Origin: Candidatus Nomurabacteria bacterium
Lineage (GTDB): Bacteria > Patescibacteriota > Minisyncoccia > Phycocordibacterales > UBA9973
Assembly (NCBI GenBank): GCA_021413905.1
Contig: JAIOPO010000003.1
Location: 1-49,870 of the forward strand
Length of the DNA: 49,870 bases
Direction: 5' to 3'
The notes under the pieces were generated by a model, which worked only from the letters and a program-made list of their open reading frames with translations, was not told where the DNA came from and did no database searches. Shown piece by piece: positions 26,286 through 35,217 of this stretch. The stretch's first letter is position 1. Each line of letters opens with the position of its first letter. Both the position numbers and the translations under genes were made by a program.

Positions 26286-28586
26286 TTATATTTCACAAAC
26301 ACCTGCAACACAAGCAAGCTCTTTTTTGACTTCTGTTTCGTCTTTTATCTCATAAGTAATAATCTTTGAAAAATCAAATTCAGGCATTTTTTTCATGAGC
26401 TCATTGTAAGTCTTTTCATCAATAGTTTCATAAGGAGCGAGCTGGTAAATATGATTACTTCTAGGCAAGAAAGAAAGACCTCCGACAATATCCCAATTTT
26501 GATACAACCAATGTGCTACTTGAATCCATTCATTTTCACCAACAGAAATAGTAACAGAAGGATTGTGTTCAGTATAATTTACTTTTACAGTTTTCCAATG
26601 TTCAAGTTGATCAATCGCAGAAATATCATCTTTACATATTGCACCTTTAGGAGCTTTTACAGGAAAATCCAAAACAAAAGTAGTAGCATTTTCCATTGTT
26701 TGTCCAACTTCAGGATGATAAGGTACACCTTGATCTTTTAACATTCTAAACAAAGCATCGTTAGCGGAAACTCTTACACGGCGAACATAAAATGGAGCAT
26801 GACGAGGATGCATACCAGAAGAACAATCTACAGTCTGAGAAGCATTTCCGGAAGGTTTAACGCAAGTTATACAAGTTGATTCATTGATACCGAATTTTTT
26901 TGCAAAAATTTTATTTACACGAATAGATTCATGTCTTAATTTTTCAAGCATTTTTGGATCACGCACTAATTTTGAATCCCATTGTCCTGTAATAGAAACA
27001 CCGAGCAATCTTTCTGCTACACAATTATCTTTCCATTCTTTTGAAAGATATCCGAATTTTGTTAAAGTAGATTGATATGTACCCAAAATGGTAGCAATGC
27101 GCATTTTTTTCATCAAAGTATCTTCGGTATCCTCTGCTCTAGCTACTATCTCTGAAAGATTACAAAATTGTTTTGAGCGAAGAATAATTTCCCCACAAGG
27201 ATTTGTTCCCATTGAACCGATAAATTGACCAGAAGCTTCTATACGACGCTTAGGCAAAGAAGTATACAATGAACCACGATTAAATATGCCACGTTCACCA
27301 GAACCTGATTCCATCAAAGCAATCCATTCTTTCAAAAACTCTGTTTCTGTTGGTTTTGTTTCATAAACAGCAGAATTATTTGCCAACATTCTTTGAGCTT
27401 CAGAATTCCAAAATTGACCATTTTTAGAATCACGAATTTCTTGATCATCTAAATCAGAAAGAGAAATCAAAGCACTGCGACGCACTCCACCAGACACGAC
27501 ACATTCACCTATTTTGCAAATAATATCATGCGCATCGATATTTCTAAGATGTCTACCTTGTCTGCGCAAGATTCTTTCACGAGTAAAAGTTATTAAATCA
27601 ATCAAAGGTTGTGGACCAGAACTTTTTCCTCCCATTATTTTCAATCTAGCTCCAGCAGGACGAAGTTTAGAATAATCAAAATCAACATCATGACCTTCAA
27701 ACCATGTTTTCATACCATGAACAAATGCATCGGCCCAACCTTCTTTTGAATCAGGCACAACAAAAGTTGCAAGTTTTTTTCCTGTTTGTGGTTTGATTTG
27801 TGGCAATGCTTGAATATTTTTACTTTCAACAGAAAAACCAACACCAGTACCACACATTGAAATATAAATAATTTCTCCAAAATCTTGAAAGGAAGAAGGT
27901 GCAATAAAAGAACAATTATAAGCACAGACATTTGTCTTATCAGCAGCAATACCAGCAAATTGCATCAATCGCATAGAAGGTAAAGCTTCTTGTTTTAAAA
28001 TTGCTTCACGCACTTCAGCATATTCTGAATCTTTTAAACTATTACCAAGATTAACTTTCATGAAATCCATATATCTGTCGATAGTCTCAATCCAAGTTTC
28101 TCTTCTACCTTCTTCTGCAATCCATTTTGCATAAGTTCTATAATAAACAAATTCAGATAAAGCGTTACGAAAATATTTTTTACTTTCAGCAAAACGATTT
28201 TGTATCTGCTCAGGAACAAGGCCTAATTTCTTACGAGCTTCATTTCTTTCATGACGATATAAAATATAAGATTTAGCTGTTTGAGGGAAAGACAAGGCGA
28301 TTAAAACTTGTTCTACAATGTCCTGAATTTTTTCAACTGAAAACTTGTATTCTTTACTTTCTCCTTTTTTATACAAAACCAAAGCCTGATAAACTTTACT
28401 AGCTACTTTTTTAGCTTCTTTTTCACCACCCTCTTTTACAGAATCCATTGCTCTAAAAATAGCCCTTTCAACTCTAGCAAGATCAAAAGAAACAACAGAA
28501 CCGTCTCTTTTAATAATTGTTTTCAAAGAATCTGATGGAGTTTTTTTTGAAGCTTTATTAATTTTTGATTTTGTATTTTTTTTCAT
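26286..28586 (-). CDS. nrdJ: adenosylcobalamin-dependent (class II) ribonucleotide reductase with N-terminal ATP-cone
   Basis: ATP-cone IIKRDGSVVSFDLARVERAIFRAM, thiyl-radical loop GTNPCGEI, C-terminal redox pair CVAGVCEI. 766 aa. Confidence 0.85.
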   Translation of the reverse strand: MKKNTKSKINKASKKTPSDSLKTIIKRDGSVVSFDLARVERAIFRAMDSVKEGGEKEAKKVASKVYQALVLYKKGESKEYKFSVEKIQDIVEQVLIALSFPQTAKSYILYRHERNEARKKLGLVPEQIQNRFAESKKYFRNALSEFVYYRTYAKWIAEEGRRETWIETIDRYMDFMKVNLGNSLKDSEYAEVREAILKQEALPSMRLMQFAGIAADKTNVCAYNCSFIAPSSFQDFGEIIYISMCGTGVGFSVESKNIQALPQIKPQTGKKLATFVVPDSKEGWADAFVHGMKTWFEGHDVDFDYSKLRPAGARLKIMGGKSSGPQPLIDLITFTRERILRRQGRHLRNIDAHDIICKIGECVVSGGVRRSALISLSDLDDQEIRDSKNGQFWNSEAQRMLANNSAVYETKPTETEFLKEWIALMESGSGERGIFNRGSLYTSLPKRRIEASGQFIGSMGTNPCGEIILRSKQFCNLSEIVARAEDTEDTLMKKMRIATILGTYQSTLTKFGYLSKEWKDNCVAERLLGVSITGQWDSKLVRDPKMLEKLRHESIRVNKIFAKKFGINESTCITCVKPSGNASQTVDCSSGMHPRHAPFYVRRVRVSANDALFRMLKDQGVPYHPEVGQTMENATTFVLDFPVKAPKGAICKDDISAIDQLEHWKTVKVNYTEHNPSVTISVGENEWIQVAHWLYQNWDIVGGLSFLPRSNHIYQLAPYETIDEKTYNELMKKMPEFDFSKIITYEIKDETEVKKELACVAGVCEI

Positions 28587-28588
28587 AT

Positions 28589-29131
28589 TTATGCTATTTT
28601 ATTGAATAATTTATTAAATGTTTTTTGTTCTAAATAAGTATTTTGTGTAATATATTTATGAATCAAGGGGCTAATGGTTAATGCCATGGTAATATTACCG
28701 ATTAGATGCATGGCCGAAAACGGAATTTGTCCAATTAAAGCATTCATGAAACTTTGATTAAAAAATAATGGTCCAATAGTCAAACCTGTGACTGCGTCAT
28801 ATGCCAATGTTCCCATAACTGCAAAATAAGCGTAATTCAAAGCTTTTGGAGCACGATTCTTGAAAAAAAACATTGCCCAAATACCCAAAAATCCATAAGC
28901 TATCGCTGTAATGAATGTCCACATGCCAATACCAGAAGTCACAGAATCATAAACCACAATACTCATAAAACCAAAAAAGAAAGTACTAAAATATCCAAAA
29001 ACATTAGAGAAAGGCATTTGAACAGCTAAAAGAGGTTCAATATTTGGAGGTCTAAAAGGAATTAATCTAAGTAAAAAACAAGCAATGAATGCTGTAAAAT
29101 ATTTCAAAAAATTTTGCTCATTTTTTATCAT
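28589..29131 (-). CDS. small polytopic membrane protein, DUF6580-like / ECF-S-component-like putative vitamin transporter
   Basis: 180 aa, about 6 TM segments. The N-terminal LLRLIPFRPPNIEPLLAVQMPF resembles the RLxPxxPNFxPxxA block I associate with DUF6580. First gene of the cobalamin cluster. Confidence 0.35.
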   Translation of the reverse strand: MIKNEQNFLKYFTAFIACFLLRLIPFRPPNIEPLLAVQMPFSNVFGYFSTFFFGFMSIVVYDSVTSGIGMWTFITAIAYGFLGIWAMFFFKNRAPKALNYAYFAVMGTLAYDAVTGLTIGPLFFNQSFMNALIGQIPFSAMHLIGNITMALTISPLIHKYITQNTYLEQKTFNKLFNKIA

Positions 29132-29260
29132 TAAAATATAAAAATTATTTTTTAATATAACTGTATAGACTAGTATACTCCCAATGTTTAGGTAGAAGCA
29201 ATAGGTGGATAAAAGTTGTGGTATAATTATATTATTAATATTAAAATTCTTTAAAAAACC

Positions 29261-30532
29261 ATGTTTTTATATATATATTTAGAAATAATCTCAGGAGTAA
29301 TAGGTTTTATAATCATTGCAATATTGATAACTTACCTTTTAAAACACTTAGTTATCCACAATACAATTAAAAAAAGTGTAGCTTATTCTCTCTTAATACT
29401 TTTTTTAATTGCTGTGATTTCAGGATTATTAGCAAATAAAACTTATCCACCGAATTTTGCAATGCCTTTATTTATGCATTCGCATACACCAGATCAATTA
29501 CCAGCATCTATTCCATTTAATAAAATTATTTACTTTTTAATAAATAAAAATAAATTTGAAAAAGTGGACAATATTTCAGCTGATGCAAATCTTGTACCAG
29601 AAAACGATCAAAAACCAGATTCTGATGGAATTGTACGCATACATCTAACAACAAAAGAAGTTATTTCTGAAATTGCACCTGGAATATATTTTAATTACTG
29701 GACTTATAATGGACAAGTACCAGGGCCAATGTTACGCATAAAAGAAGGTGAAACAATAGAATTATCTTTAACAAATGACATAACGAGTTTACACCACCAT
29801 AACATAGATCTACATGCTGTGACCGGCCCAGGAGGTGGAGCGACCCTTACAGACGTAAATCCAGGTGAAACCAAAACAATTCGTTGGAAAGCATTAAATC
29901 CTGGTTTATATATTTATCATTGCGCAATGCCAAATGTAAGTACTCATAATTCTCACGGACAATACGGTCTTATTTTAGTTGATCCTAAAGATCCCAAATT
30001 AACATTTGAAAAAGTTGATAAAGAATTTTATATTACTCAAGGAGAATTTTATACAATCGGACAAACAGGTAAAAAAGGATTAGTACCTTTTGATTCTGAC
30101 GCTTTATTGGATGGTAAACCGAATTATGTTGTATTTAATGGAAAAATAAATAACACACCCTTGCTCCATGCAAAAGTCGGAGATAAAATAAGAATTTATA
30201 TTGGTAACGGTGGAGTAAATTTAATATCTTCTTTTCATATAATTGGCGAAATATTTGATAAAGTTTATCCAGAAGGTGCAATAGGTGAAAATTCTTCCAT
30301 ATTAAAAAATGTCCAAACAACAGCAGTCTTGCCTGGAGGATCCAGTATAGTCGAATTAAAACTTGATGTACCTGGAAAATATTTAATAGTAGATCACGCA
30401 TTAGCAAGAATGAATAAGGGCGCTTGGGCAATACTTGAAGTTTCCGGACCAGAACAAAAAGATATTTTTTCTGGTTTAGACAACAAAAGCAATACTGAAA
30501 CAAACATGCATAATGATATGCATATGGAATAA
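29261..30532 (+). CDS. nirK: copper-containing nitrite reductase (NirK-type two-domain cupredoxin) with N-terminal double-TM anchor
   Basis: HHHNIDLHAVTGPGGGA (T1 His, catalytic Asp, T2 His), YIYHCAMPNVSTHNSHGQYGLILV (T2 His, T1 Cys, T1 His), FHIIGEIFD (catalytic His) and VDHALARMNKGA (T2 His from the neighbouring subunit). Confidence 0.8.
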   Translation: MFLYIYLEIISGVIGFIIIAILITYLLKHLVIHNTIKKSVAYSLLILFLIAVISGLLANKTYPPNFAMPLFMHSHTPDQLPASIPFNKIIYFLINKNKFEKVDNISADANLVPENDQKPDSDGIVRIHLTTKEVISEIAPGIYFNYWTYNGQVPGPMLRIKEGETIELSLTNDITSLHHHNIDLHAVTGPGGGATLTDVNPGETKTIRWKALNPGLYIYHCAMPNVSTHNSHGQYGLILVDPKDPKLTFEKVDKEFYITQGEFYTIGQTGKKGLVPFDSDALLDGKPNYVVFNGKINNTPLLHAKVGDKIRIYIGNGGVNLISSFHIIGEIFDKVYPEGAIGENSSILKNVQTTAVLPGGSSIVELKLDVPGKYLIVDHALARMNKGAWAILEVSGPEQKDIFSGLDNKSNTETNMHNDMHME

Positions 30533-30536
30533 AAAA

Positions 30537-30564
30537 ACACCTTAGAAATATCTAAAGTGTTTTC
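30537..30564. terminator. hairpin terminator between convergent genes
   Basis: acaccttag/ctaaagtgt stem (8 of 9 bp) with loop aaatat. An A-run lies upstream and TTT downstream. Confidence 0.55.
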
Positions 30565-30572
30565 AATGATTT

Positions 30573-30899
30573 TTATCTCTTATGTAGTGAGATATACATC
30601 ATTCCTTTTTTATAAAAAGGCAAGTATTTAGCTTTCCCTTCCATAATTTTTTTTACTTTTTCTCTCAACTCTTTCGAGTAAGCAGAAGTTGTCACATCTT
30701 CAATTTTCAATTTCAGAATATGATTATAACCATTAATCAATGGTACTTCTGTCGAAATATTTTTTGAAACCAACAAAAAAGCTTCTTTGCTTTCTTGTTC
30801 TTTAACCAAAAAAGATAACGACCCTTTTGGATTGCGACCTTCAATTTTCTCTCTAATTTGGTCCATCGTTGGACCTTCTAAAATCTCTAAACTTTCCAT
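30573..30899 (-). CDS. hypothetical protein
   Basis: 108-aa ORF with coding-like composition and no recognisable motif. Confidence 0.4.
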   Translation of the reverse strand: MESLEILEGPTMDQIREKIEGRNPKGSLSFLVKEQESKEAFLLVSKNISTEVPLINGYNHILKLKIEDVTTSAYSKELREKVKKIMEGKAKYLPFYKKGMMYISLHKR

Positions 30900-31039
30900 A
30901 ATAAAAAGTAATTTAAATGAACAAATTGTTGAGCCATTTCTTTTGAAAACACAAAAAGGCTGGTTTCTAACCTATTTATATTATATCATAAAAATATACA
31001 AATAGTCAAATGACTTATATAATATGTAAAAAAAATTAT

Positions 31040-32689
31040 TTATTTTTTAGAAATACAAGCTTTTATAAAAGAATTAAAAAGAGGATGAGGAGAAAGAGGG
31101 CGAGCTAAAAATTCAGGATGAAATTGCGCACCTAAAAAGAAAGGATGTTTTGTTTTTGATAATTCGGCTATTTCCATCAAATCCCCTTCTGGACTTTTAC
31201 CAGAAAATACCAAACCTTTTTCTTCTAATATTTCAATAAATGCAGGATTAACTTCATATCTATGACGATGTCTTTCTATTATTTCTTTTTTACCATAAGA
31301 CTCTCTGGCTATAGTTTTATCACTCAAGATTGCTTTATAAGATCCTAGTCTCATAGAACCTCCGTATAAATTATTTTTCAAATGTTCTTTTTGGGACTCC
31401 ATCACATCTATTATTATATTTTTAGATTTTGGATTTACTTCACGAGTATTTGCGTCTTTCAGACCCAACACATTGCGAGCATATTCTATTACAAGCATTT
31501 GCATACCATAACACAAACCAAAATACGGTATTTTATTTTCTCTTACATATTGAATAACTTTTAATTGACCCTCGACTCCGCGAGCTCCAAAACCTCCAGG
31601 AATAACAACACCATTATACTTTTTCAATTCTTTTAACTTATTAGAATCTTTTTCAAAATCAACTGCATTCAACCAAGAAAAAACAGGTTTCCTATTTTGA
31701 TCATAACTAGAATATTTCAAAGCTTCAATAACAGATAAATAAGAATCAGACAATACAAAATCACCTGTTTCAAAATATTTTCCAACAATTGCGATTTTAA
31801 CAATTTCTTTTCCATTATGAACATTATTTACAAATTTCTTCCATTTATTCCATTTTTTAGAATCGGGTTTTTTACAAACAACACCCATTAAATCACAAAG
31901 TCTATCTGAAATTTTTTCTTTTTCAAAATTTAAAGGAATATCATAAATACTTTCAACATCAGGTGCTGATATTACTCTGTCTGCCGGCATATTACAAAAC
32001 AAAGAAAGTTTTTCTTTTCTTTTATCATCAAGCTTTGTTTCACCACGAGCAATCAATAAATCCGGCTGAATTCCGGAACCATTTAATATACGCACAGCAT
32101 GTTGTGTTGGTTTTGTTTTCATTTCTCCAACTTTTGAAGGTGTTGGTAAATAAGAAACCATTACAAAAAAAACATCTTTTGAATGTTCTATTTTCATCAT
32201 ACGTGCAGCTTCAAGAAAAAGCATATTTTGATATTCACCAATAGTGCCACCAATTTCCACAATCACAACATCAGCTTTAGCATTTTTACCTGCCTCTTTT
32301 ATGCGACGAATAACTTCAAGTGGTATATGAGGCACGACTTCCACACATTTACCTTTATATTCTAAATTGCGTTCTTTTTCTATGACAGTTTTATAAACTC
32401 TACCAGTGGTCATATAATTTATACTGGTCAAATCAAGATCTAGAAATCTTTCATAATTACCCATATCTTGATCTGTTTCATCTCCATCAGACAAAACAAA
32501 AACTTCGCCGTGCTCTGTGGGATTCATAGTTCCAGCATCAACATTAATATAAGGATCAATTTTTATTGCTGTTACATTCAAACCACGATTTTTTAAAATT
32601 AAACCTAAAGACGAAGAAGTAACACCTTTTCCTACTCCTGAAATAACACCACCCACAACAAAAATATATTTACAGTTACTATTTGCCAT
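31040..32689 (-). CDS. pyrG: CTP synthase
   Basis: KYIFVVGGVISGVGKG N-terminus and the glutamine amidotransferase GLCYGMQ and HRHRYEVN blocks. Confidence 0.95.
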   Translation of the reverse strand: MANSNCKYIFVVGGVISGVGKGVTSSSLGLILKNRGLNVTAIKIDPYINVDAGTMNPTEHGEVFVLSDGDETDQDMGNYERFLDLDLTSINYMTTGRVYKTVIEKERNLEYKGKCVEVVPHIPLEVIRRIKEAGKNAKADVVIVEIGGTIGEYQNMLFLEAARMMKIEHSKDVFFVMVSYLPTPSKVGEMKTKPTQHAVRILNGSGIQPDLLIARGETKLDDKRKEKLSLFCNMPADRVISAPDVESIYDIPLNFEKEKISDRLCDLMGVVCKKPDSKKWNKWKKFVNNVHNGKEIVKIAIVGKYFETGDFVLSDSYLSVIEALKYSSYDQNRKPVFSWLNAVDFEKDSNKLKELKKYNGVVIPGGFGARGVEGQLKVIQYVRENKIPYFGLCYGMQMLVIEYARNVLGLKDANTREVNPKSKNIIIDVMESQKEHLKNNLYGGSMRLGSYKAILSDKTIARESYGKKEIIERHRHRYEVNPAFIEILEEKGLVFSGKSPEGDLMEIAELSKTKHPFFLGAQFHPEFLARPLSPHPLFNSFIKACISKK

Positions 32690-32690
32690 T

Positions 32691-33611
32691 TTATTTATTT
32701 AAATATTTCCTGATTGCTAAAAACGAAGACAATGTTCCAAGAACAATACCCGAAATCAAAATTATACCGAAAATTTCAAAAAAGTTTGAAATAAAATATT
32801 CATACATATTAAAACCCAAGAAATCTGTCATATTTTTGCCAAGCCAATATGTAATAGGCCAAAATAAAAACAAAGTAATTAAAGTAGATATACAACCATA
32901 AATAACACCTTCAACCATAAAAGGACCACGTACACGCATTTTATTTGCTCCAACTAAACGCATTACGCCTATTTCTTCTTTTGCGATAAATATTGTTAAA
33001 CGAATAGTGTTAAAAGTTATAATGACAGAAATTATAATTAAAATTAATGTAATAAGAAAGCCGAGTTTTTGAGCGCCTTTGATGATGGTATCAAGTCTGT
33101 CTATTACAACTTTATTTTGATGATAATTTACTTTATCTATAATAGAAGCTGAGCCTGCAACTAAAGCATTGTCAGATTTCAAGAAATTGGCAATACTCTC
33201 ATATTGAGAAACTTCTTTTGCTTTTATATTCAAATAAGCTCCTAATGGATTTTCATTTATCTCATCCAAAGCTTGTATTGTGGGATAATCATCTGAATGT
33301 CTATCTCTAAAGATTTTTAATGCTTCATCAGCGGAAGTATAAGCAACACTAGCAACTTCTGGTAATTTTTGTATTGAAGATTTTAAAGCTAATATTTTGT
33401 CTTCACTGGCACCTGTGTTGAAATATATAGTCACATCTACCTTATCTTGAATTTGAGACAAAGAAAAATGCAAAACTGCTTGCAATAAAACAATAGTAGT
33501 TATCACAGACAAAGTAATAGTTACGATTAAAATAGCCGCCCAAGATATTAGACTACTTCTTTTAAAGTTTAAAAATCCTGATTTTATAATTCTTCTTAAT
33601 TCTGTCATCAT
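32691..33611 (-). CDS. ftsX: cell division permease-like protein FtsX
   Basis: TM segment, periplasmic-type domain, then three C-terminal TM segments (FtsX topology). Directly downstream of ftsE. Confidence 0.8.
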   Translation of the reverse strand: MMTELRRIIKSGFLNFKRSSLISWAAILIVTITLSVITTIVLLQAVLHFSLSQIQDKVDVTIYFNTGASEDKILALKSSIQKLPEVASVAYTSADEALKIFRDRHSDDYPTIQALDEINENPLGAYLNIKAKEVSQYESIANFLKSDNALVAGSASIIDKVNYHQNKVVIDRLDTIIKGAQKLGFLITLILIIISVIITFNTIRLTIFIAKEEIGVMRLVGANKMRVRGPFMVEGVIYGCISTLITLFLFWPITYWLGKNMTDFLGFNMYEYFISNFFEIFGIILISGIVLGTLSSFLAIRKYLNK

Positions 33612-33615
33612 AAAT

Positions 33616-34296
33616 TTATATTATATATTTACCATCTTTATCATCTCTAATAATTTTTCCTTTTTCTAATGTTATCACTCTTTTGCCTGCTGATTCAACC
33701 ACACCTCTATTATGTGTTGTTAAAATAACAGTAGTACCCAAATCATTTATTTTCTTTAAAATTTGCAAAACCTCAAAAGCATTTACGGGATCCAAATTGC
33801 CTGTCGGTTCATCGGCAATGATTAATTCGGGTTGATTTATGATTGCGCGAGCGATAGCTAGACGTTGTTTTTCTCCTCCAGACATTTCATTTGGAAAATG
33901 ATGAGCACGATGACTCAAATTTACAAGTTCTAATACATGAGGCACATCGCTGGCTATTTCTTCATCTGTTTTCCCTGCTACTTCCATAGCAAAAGCAATA
34001 TTTTCAGAGGCAGTCTTATTTGAAAGTAATTTAAAATCTTGAAATACAGCTCCGATTTTGCGTCTTAATTTAGTAAGTTCATTGCTATTAATTTTATGAA
34101 TATTAACAGATTCAAAAAAAACAGTACCGTCTGAAGGTTTATCATCTGCCAGAATCATTTTAATCAGAGTAGTCTTGCCCGCGCCGGAATGTCCCACAAT
34201 AGAGACAAATTCTCCCGCGGATACAGTCAAGGTGACGTCATCTAACGCTACTGAATCCTTATTGTAAATTTTTGAAACATTATTAAAATAAATCAC
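33616..34296 (-). CDS. ftsE: cell division ATP-binding protein FtsE
   Basis: Walker A GHSGAGKTT, ABC signature MSGGEKQRLAIARA, Walker B LIIADEPTGNLD. Confidence 0.9.
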   Translation of the reverse strand: MIYFNNVSKIYNKDSVALDDVTLTVSAGEFVSIVGHSGAGKTTLIKMILADDKPSDGTVFFESVNIHKINSNELTKLRRKIGAVFQDFKLLSNKTASENIAFAMEVAGKTDEEIASDVPHVLELVNLSHRAHHFPNEMSGGEKQRLAIARAIINQPELIIADEPTGNLDPVNAFEVLQILKKINDLGTTVILTTHNRGVVESAGKRVITLEKGKIIRDDKDGKYII

Positions 34297-34308
34297 CTAT
34301 CTATTCTA

Positions 34309-35196
34309 TCATAAATTCTTCTCTGCCTCAATAAATGTATCCAAATCTCCGTTTAATACTGCGTCTACATTTGAAGTCTCGATTTCTGTACGGTGATCTT
34401 TGACCATTTTATAAGGGTGTAAGACGTAAGAACGGATTTGACTACCCCATTCTATATCCGTACCTTTAGAAATCTTCATACTCTCTTCTATAGTCTTTTT
34501 TTCTTGTTCTGCTTTTTTAAAAATCTTTGCGCGAAGCATATTCATAGCTTGTTCACGATTTTGTTCTTGACTGCGTTCACCGGAAGCATAAGTGGAAAGT
34601 CCTGTGGGTATATGAACTATACGAACAGCTGTTTCCCTCTTGTTCACATTCTGTCCACCTGGACCACCGGATTTTGCAAATTCTATTTTTAAATCAGCAT
34701 CAGGGATAATAAAATCTTTTTCTTCTAATTTTGAAAATTTTGGCAACACTTCCACTAAAGAAAAAGAAGTATGTCGCAATTGTTTTGCATTAAAAGGTGA
34801 TAAACGTACAAGTCGATGCACTCCACTTTCATTTTTTAGCATTCCATACACCCCCTTGCCGGTCACTTCAAAAGAAACATTTCTATACCCATTATGATCA
34901 TTTTTATTTTCATGAATAAAAGAAATACCCCAACTTTTTTTGTCTGCATATTTCATATACATATTTAAAAGCATACTAGAAAAATCTTCAGCATCGTCCC
35001 CTCCCGCACCGGAGATTATCGTAATAATTGCATTACCTTTGTCATATTTACCAAAACCTTCTTTTTTATTTTTTAATTCGGCAAGCTCTTTTAAAATAGC
35101 CTGTGCTTGAATCTTATCAGACCAAAAATCCACCTGAATCATCTTTTCTTCCAGTTCTTTTATTCTATCTTCTATTATATTTACATCTTCTGCCAT
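34309..35196 (-). CDS. prfB: peptide chain release factor 2 (short N-terminal domain, no programmed frameshift)
   Basis: SPF tripeptide (RLSPFNAKQ), GGQ (SGGPGGQNVNKRETAVRIVHIPTG), GSQIRSYVLHPY. ATG at 35196 (the track TTG start is at 35205). Confidence 0.9.
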   Translation of the reverse strand: MAEDVNIIEDRIKELEEKMIQVDFWSDKIQAQAILKELAELKNKKEGFGKYDKGNAIITIISGAGGDDAEDFSSMLLNMYMKYADKKSWGISFIHENKNDHNGYRNVSFEVTGKGVYGMLKNESGVHRLVRLSPFNAKQLRHTSFSLVEVLPKFSKLEEKDFIIPDADLKIEFAKSGGPGGQNVNKRETAVRIVHIPTGLSTYASGERSQEQNREQAMNMLRAKIFKKAEQEKKTIEESMKISKGTDIEWGSQIRSYVLHPYKMVKDHRTEIETSNVDAVLNGDLDTFIEAEKNL

Positions 35197-35217
35197 AGAA
35201 GACAATTATACCAAAAT

